DNA from: Octopus sinensis
Taxonomy: Eukaryota
Assembly: GCF_006345805.1 (NCBI RefSeq)
Contig: NW_021833671.1
Span: 1-56,666 of the forward strand
Length of the DNA stretch: 56,666 nucleotides
Direction: 5' to 3'
Shown here: positions 50,001 to 56,666 of the stretch, piece after piece
Layout: the number at the start of each line of letters is the position of its first letter
How positions within the stretch are numbered: position 1 is the first letter of the stretch
The notes under the pieces: generated by a model
What the model saw: only the letters and a program-made list of their open reading frames with translations
Databases searched by the model: none
Told to the model about the DNA's origin: nothing
Position numbers and translations under genes: made by a program

Positions 50001-52070
50001 TCACACATTTTACTGGGCTCGAGTAATTTGCACCCATGTTCATCCATCAGAGACCGAATGGTGGCTTTGTTGCCCTGTTGCCCTCTGCCACCTGGGCCTC
50101 TTGCACAGCTCCAACACCTTCGTTTCTTAGAGCACACATCCTAGCCCTGCCAACGCACCCTTTGTGTTTGACATTGAAGTGTTAGTTGAGGGCCAACCTG
50201 TCGGTACCTGTCAGACAGTTGGAAACATCTGAGAAGGTCTTTGACACATATCCAAGATAGTGTTCCAATCCCCCACTAAAAGTAAAAGTTGAGACATACT
50301 CAGGAAAACCTGTAGACATTGAAAGAAATCTGGCCAACCTGATAAGGACGGTGCATATACTGCCACCAGTCGAAAAGCACACCCATAACTGCTATGGGCA
50401 TCCAAGACAACCAGCCTACCCTCTGGGTCAGGGAATATTGCCCTTACTTTCAGATTCAGACTCTTTTGAAAAGGCACCATAGTACCACCGCTGCCCATTC
50501 TTGGCAGACACAGAGAAAAATAAACGTCAAATTGTCTGGCAAACATGGGGTCGAGGGCCCATGGGTTGTGGAGTCTGGTCTCGCCAATAGCTATGATATC
50601 TACATTTTGTGATTTGATCTCATTTAACAGGTAACCTTGTTTCCAAAGGGATACCAAGCTATGCACATTTGCACTACCTATTTTGAACATGACATTAACG
50701 AAACTTGTGTTTTACACTCAGGGACAAAAAGAAAAAGGAGGGAGAGAGAGAGAGAGTCACTTACTGTTTGAAAGTTGGTTGCTTTCCTCCTTAGACGTTT
50801 CTGTCAGGAGGTTTTTATATAGTTTTTCCGGGAGATATTTTTGAAATCTCTCTTCTGCATTGGGGTAGAGAGGCGGCATTGACTGCTTAGGTTGGTTAAG
50901 TCGGTGGGTTGTTTTGTGGAGTTCTTTCATCTGTTTGTGGAGCTGTTTCATATAGATAAAGGTATAGATAAATAAAGAGCTGTTTCATTTTTTGTGTTGA
51001 TGGTCATGTGGGTAATTGTGCTGGTTTGCTCTTGGTACTCTGGTCTTGTTGTTGTTGTTGTTTTGCCAATTTGTAGTCAATTTTTAAATGGTGTTTGCTA
51101 CCACAAAGGTAGCAACGTGGCCTTCTGCCCTCAAAGGTGACATTTAGGTTCATGCCATCTGGTAGCTTTATTAAATCTGGGAGAATTTCAATTGTCTCCT
51201 TATTTGTTTGGATTACAAGCTCCACCCCTCATCCAACCCAGTTTTGCTGTTCCAGGACAGCAATTTTAAATATGTTTAAATTTTCTTCAAATCATAACAG
51301 ACAGCTGACACCAGCCATCTTATTTGTATCTCGGAGGGGACATCTTTGTGTCTCACCTCCATCACCCGACAACCAAGGTAAGGGGGAATCATTATCAAGT
51401 CCTCTCATTTGAGGAATTTCCCTGAAAAATCTGGATGGTGGCAAATCTTTTGCCCCTTGTCATATATGTTTCATAAGCCCATACGGGCCGTAGACTGTTC
51501 TCAACTGTTTGTTGAGTGGCTTGTTCTAGTTTTTTAATCTTTATATTTAGGGTTTTATATATTATTGTTTATTTTTAGATTTTGTCCTGCAAAATGCCTT
51601 CTGGGGTGTTGAGGTTTATACTCCTATTTTCTTTGTTCAATAACTTTTTGCACTGTAGTAGTTCTTCTTTTGTGAAGGATATTAACTGTCTTTTTTTGTC
51701 TTAAAATAGCTGCAAAGTTATTCAGTTTGTCAACTGTAGTGTTGCTGGTGGTAGTGGTTTTTGTAACAGTGGTAGTAAAAGGAGAGATAATAGAGGTGGT
51801 TGCACCGTTCATCTATTTGCCTTCCCTTCCCATTTGTTTGGAAGGAAAGCTTGTGTCAGTATGCGTATTGTTGTTCAAGTGTGTGTGTGTGAGTGCATCA
51901 ATGTTTTCTTTTTTCTTCAAAGTGGTCGGTAATGGTAATGGTAGAAATTCCACTTCTAACTGGAACACAGGAACGCTGATAGTGTTAGCTGCACTGTCCA
52001 TGTATGTTTCCCAGACAGATGAAAATGTTTATGAGATAAGATTTTGCAATATGAAAATTCACCCTTAATG
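47093..52070 (-). mobile_element. Tx1/L1-clade LINE copy 2, degenerate, with ORF1
   Basis: ORF1 FEGRRPRCYLCGSKHHLKID zinc knuckle; APE (ANVHSL..GETR..VGDWN); RT (NFRSITLFNADLKILAK, QGCPL, FAYVDDV); colinear with copy 1. Confidence 0.9.
49332..49787 (-). mobile_element. 456-bp solo-LTR-like insertion nested in Tx1 copy 2
   Basis: TGTAG..CTACA termini; 4-bp near-TSD AGAA/AGCA; interrupts RT sequence that is contiguous in copy 1 (44360-44380); CCAAT boxes and TTTAAAA; orientation inferred. Confidence 0.75.
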
Positions 52071-53212
52071 GGCTAATTTTCAAGCAAGCTTCACTCATAG
52101 CAAGCAGATGTTGTTAGGCACCTTTCTGTCAAAAATATATACAGATATGCATAAATACATAGATATATGGACTTATGTGAGACGATGCAGACAATAGACA
52201 ATCGGATGGATGGATGGACTGGTGGACTGAACCTAAATCAAGGTAATTAAAACTAATAATAACAGAAGCAGTATTAATAACAAGAAGCAATCTTTATATC
52301 CAACTAAATGTGGATGTTATGTTAGAACCTCAAATACTGTCTTTTTTACCTTGAGAGGACCTCTCATATGGACACACGGTCCATAAAAGCATGCAAATTT
52401 ATATTGTTGGTAGACAACAATCATCTGCTACAGGCACCAGAACTGCCAGATCACGTATTTTCGCTCTGCTCAGGTTCATCAGTGACAGACACCCTGTAGC
52501 AACATAACAGCCAAATCTCCCTGTCAACGATATATAGACAGTGATGTCACAAATAGCCTGAAGGCTTATTAAAGATAATTAATAGCAACAGAAGCAGTGT
52601 TAATACCAAAAGGCATTCTTTATGTCCATATGCTGTAATGAAGAAATAGGGGAAATTCCTGTCCACTGTAGAACTGTTTGTGAAGTTCTTTCTTTTTGAA
52701 TCTTTTCTCTTTTCCTTTGTCATCTCTCTTATGAATGACCATGACCCTAATTGTTGGACCTCCTCCACCTCCTCCTTCTTGCTTACAATATCAAAAAATA
52801 ATTACTTTGTACGCTGCTTTTGTTCCTCAAATATTCTTGGGTACACAAGATGCACCAAAGAACCTCAACTTCAACATTCTTGATAGACATTTCAACAGCA
52901 AACACAAGACTCAGCAGTTTTAATGAGAATGGTAAGTGGAGAGAAGAAACAATACAACTTCAGCTACATGAAGACACCATTGCCACATGTTTAACTTCAC
53001 TAACACCACATCAGTGGTCACAGTGGAAGGTTTTTCTGCCACATCCACTATAATACCATGTCTCCCAGTAGACTGGAAGGTCGTGGATGGAATATCTTTG
53101 ATCCGAGTGACAAAGTAGTTTTCCTCATTTCCTTATTACTGATTAGAAAGAAATCATTAAATATTTCAAATATTTTGTTTGTCTTTTGTTAAATTAAATC
53201 TCTTCTCTTTAA

Positions 53213-54288
53213 CCCTTTCGTTACCAAACCGCCCGAAAAAATTTTGGTTAATGTGACCAAACCGCCCAAACCCGCCCGTATTTACCTATTCATATTTAAA
53301 TGAGAATATCAGAGCAAATCTCTTTAGTACATTCATGAAAACACGTATTATACTTCGTAAACAGTTCAACTACAGTTTTGTACAATAATCGAAGTGTAAT
53401 TTTAATTCCGTGAATTTTGGGAGATTTTTTTCCAAAATTTGTTCCTATTGTGTTTTCAAAATTTGTAATTCTGACAAAAAATGGATACAAATTTCATTAT
53501 ATCAAGCAGCGAGTCAGAATTCGAAGGATTTTCTACTGAAGACCTTCATAAATCTAACTCTATGACTGAAAAAAAAAAAGCATGTGGTATTTGATAATGA
53601 ATCTGATGTTTCATTTTCCGAAAGTGAAAACTGTGAATCTGAGATCTCCGACAGCAATAAAGAAAATGAATTGGCACCTGAATGGAGTGAAAATTTAAAA
53701 ACTGTTTCTTTCGGTGATTTTTCTGAAGAAACTGGACCAAGCCACAGACTTTCCCAGGAAAGTAAAGCCTTAGGCTATTTCTATTTACTTTTTCGATTGA
53801 GCCTATTTGAAATCATTACGGCGGAAACGAACCATTACGCTAAACGTAAACAAAGCGAAAGAAACGATAGTTTGTTATTTCCCACAACCTTAAATGAAAT
53901 TAAGACTATTTTGCCATAAATATTATTATGGGTATCAGAAAGTTACCCAGAATAACAAATTCTATCGTAAAATTTTGTTGTATACCTAATTGAATATTAG
54001 CTAATAACCCATTTTCTATAGCGATGTTTGAACAAAATTTTAATAATTTTATATTTTGTTGAATTTACCTGTATCTACCTGCAATTAGAGTCACTTTGTG
54101 ACAAAAATTATAGTATAGAATTGGTTGAGAATATTTCATTAAATTATCTTCCAAAAATCAGATTAATATATCAATAAATAAAAAAGTTATAGTTGTTTAA
54201 TGAAACCAGACTAAATTTATGATTACGTTAGAAATTAATTGAAACACATAAGGGGTGTATTTTGGTCAGAAATATAGTAACGAAAGGG
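53213..54288 (+). mobile_element. internally deleted piggyBac element
   Basis: TTAA TSDs at 53209 and 54289; TIR CCCTTTCGTTAC/GTAACGAAAGGG; acidic N-terminus then YFYLLF..IITAETNHYA..TTLNEIK..IIMGI. Confidence 0.93.
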
Positions 54289-54342
54289 TTAAAAAAGCAA
54301 AAAATTAAACAAAAATGATTCTCATGGTTTTGAATTTTGCAG

Positions 54343-54424
54343 GAATTTGAGGAATGTCTCCAAAATAAAGACGAAAATGAAGGAATGATGGATAAACAGG
54401 AAAATGAAGGATTTCATTCAAAAG
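54343..54424 (+). CDS. PARP14: PARP14-like exon: last helix of macrodomain 2 plus linker
   Basis: TTTTGCAG acceptor; EFEECLQNKDENEGMMDKQENEGFHSK; G|GTAAAC donor; phase 0 matches the previous exon. Confidence 0.65.
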
Positions 54425-54499
54425 GTAAACAATTTGTTTGTTGATATTGAATATTATGGTGTCTTCTCTATTAAACATCACTGATTATTATTATTATTC

Positions 54500-55305
54500 T
54501 TTTTTCTTTCTTTTTTAAAATTTTCTTCCATTTTTCGCCGAGTGTTTTCCGTACACCTAGGGCAGAGAAGCTCATTGTATATATTCCTAGATTACACATG
54601 CAAATTCACAGGTAAAATATGTATTTAAAAAATTAATAAATAAATAAATTCCTCAATGGATGTTGTTTTCACAGCGATAATGCTCTTCTTGGTATGGATA
54701 AGTCCCATAGAATTGACACATTTTCTCCCTCAGTCACAGCTTCAGGATGGTGTTTATACCATTTGTCAGCAGTTTTGATTTTATAATGTCGACATATTGT
54801 CCAGTGTAAATATTGGCCAACTCTGTCATGTCTTGCTTTATATTCTACAGGTGCTAAGACTCTACACCCTGAGATTAGGTGGTCTATTGTTTCAATCTCA
54901 TTGTTACAGCATCTGCATTTTGGGTCAGCTCCATTTTTTATCACATTGGTAGTTGCGCGTTAATAAGCTTTGATCTTGAGCAGCTAATATGAAACCTTCA
55001 CTCTCTGCTTTTAGCCCTGCGCTTCGTAACCATTGGTGCCTGTGTTTCTGGTCGACATCAGCTTGTTTGCTACGGGCCACGTACTTGCCATGGAGAGGTT
55101 TCTGTTCCCATCTGCTAGCTAATTTTTCATGCGCTTTTGTCTTTGCAATTAATTCTATTTTCTTTGCAGCAGCAGTTGGCACATTTCCTTCAGCCTGATC
55201 AATCTGGTGGGTATCTAAGAGATCAGCAGCGAATTGTTTGCTCTCTTTGAGAATAGAGTGAAGTCTTTTCAGTCTTTCACATTGAAGTTTTTTTCGGTCT
55301 TTCAT
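54500..55305 (-). mobile_element. Dong/R4-like LINE 3' fragment
   Basis: WEQKPLHGKY..WLRSAGLKAESEGFILAAQDQ..CRCC..ETIDHLISGC..YKARHD..ILWD; internal deletion near 54690. Confidence 0.88.
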
Positions 55306-55329
55306 GTTTATTATTATTATCATATGAAA

Positions 55330-56666
55330 ACTCACAGCTTATTTTGCAGGGTATAATGGAAAGTGTCAGCTGTGCACACCCAGCAGACTAAGGCGACACT
55401 TGTTTACTGGTCATGCTTCAATAACCCTGCGAAGAATTCTTATAGTTCCAAGCAATGTTGATTTTTGTAGGTGTTGTACATTCACACTTGCACCAATCTT
55501 TTTCAGACATGTTGGTAGTTGAGTGCTGATACTTCAAAGGGCGCCAATTCCTATTGGTCTTACATCTACTCTCCTCACTAACCATAGCCTTTATATTCCT
55601 TTAAATCATCGTAGTTGTCTATCTTTTCTTCTTCCACATTGATCCTGTTATCACCGGGTCATGCTACATTGATTATTATGCATGTTCTTTCTTTTTTATT
55701 CACCACAACAATGTCTAGTTTCCTATGTCTGGTTAGGTGATTGCACTGGATCATTACATCCCACAGGATTTTGCAGTTTTCATTTTTGGTGACTTCTTCT
55801 GGGGTTTGCTCATATCATGTCTCTGCTCTTTGTAGGCCATGATTTCCACAGAGCTCCCAATGGATCATTCCTTCTACATTATCATGATGCCATTTGTATT
55901 CGTGTTGTGCCAATTTTGGGCATTTACCAACGATGTGCCATACTGTTTCACCCCTTGCACCACACATTCTGCACTTGTCACTATTGGAAGTGTTGTCAAT
56001 TCTGCACTTCATATAATTGATCCTTAATGCTTGTTCTTGAGCTGCACAAATGAGTGCTTTTATCTCTATCTTCAGGTTATTCCACCTCATCCACAGACTC
56101 TGGTCTTTTGCATTTGTCCTGGCATTCACATCTCTTGCAAACTGACCATACATTTTATTTTCTTTCCATAATTTTTCTTTTTTTGTTCATTTCTTCTTTA
56201 AACTTTTCTTTACACAATTTTCGGTTTTGATGATGTCAGCCTTCTTCGTTTGTTTCAACAGTGGCTCCACAGAATTTTTTATATACCACCCTAAGCTGTT
56301 TTCCTCACCATCGATACCATCCAGGCAACTGATCAAACTTCTCCCACCCTTTCTTCTGGACAAGTACAGCTTATCGGTGTCACTCATAGGGTGGAAGGTT
56401 CCATCTACTGTCAACATTTTTCTGGTCTTGGTATCCATTTTCTTCACTTCTCTCTTTTTTTTTTTTTCCGCCATTTTATAATTCCCACTCCATACTGAAG
56501 TGATGCTATCACCCACATATTAACTGCCTGGACTTTATTCCATCCAGTCAATTTTGAGTGCAGCACCAACCTCAGTCTTCAGAAATACTCCATCCTCAGT
56601 TGCTCTTTCATTTCCTTTTCCATTATCTCATTGAACTCTAGTACACAAAGGTATTTGTGTTCTTCC
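55330..56666 (-). mobile_element. Dong/R4-like LINE 3' fragment, runs off the window
   Basis: LYLSRRKGGRSL, MYGQF..ICAAQEQAL..CRMC..ETVWHIVGKC..ILWD. Confidence 0.88.

Noticed and set aside
52245-52635. ~60-bp diverged direct repeat (52245 and 52577)
   Set aside because: Short and AT-rich; no function assignable
54425-56666. WWE/PARP catalytic exons
   Set aside because: Not seen; presumably outside the window, so the PARP14 call rests on RRM/macrodomain architecture only

Overview
AT-rich eukaryotic DNA. The SINE/LINE families and very long (TA)n tracts suggest an octopus or other coleoid cephalopod (inference). One host gene crosses the window on the + strand: a PARP14/macro-PARP-like locus with five recognisable exons (18580-20104, 38772-38908, 39190-39417, 40028-40252, 54343-54424). 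The large exon carries two in-frame TAA stops and two frameshifts, and I found no exon for the C-terminal half of macrodomain 1, so it is a pseudogene or an imperfect assembly. The rest is a dense transposon landscape: RTE (one near full length), CR1, Dong/R4-like, two Tx1/L1 and Penelope retroelements; mariner, piggyBac and Helitron remnants; tRNA-derived SINEs; and a 5.2-kb, 115-bp satellite grown out of a SINE. The most notable non-coding signals are (1) up to three hammerhead ribozyme motifs, one marking the edge of an inverted Penelope pseudo-LTR, and (2) a 277-bp TG..CA fold-back element with a perfect 4-bp TSD, built from two inverted copies of one end of a nearby solo-LTR-like element. 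Most listed ORFs are repeat artefacts. TE boundaries are approximate unless TIRs or TSDs are quoted.
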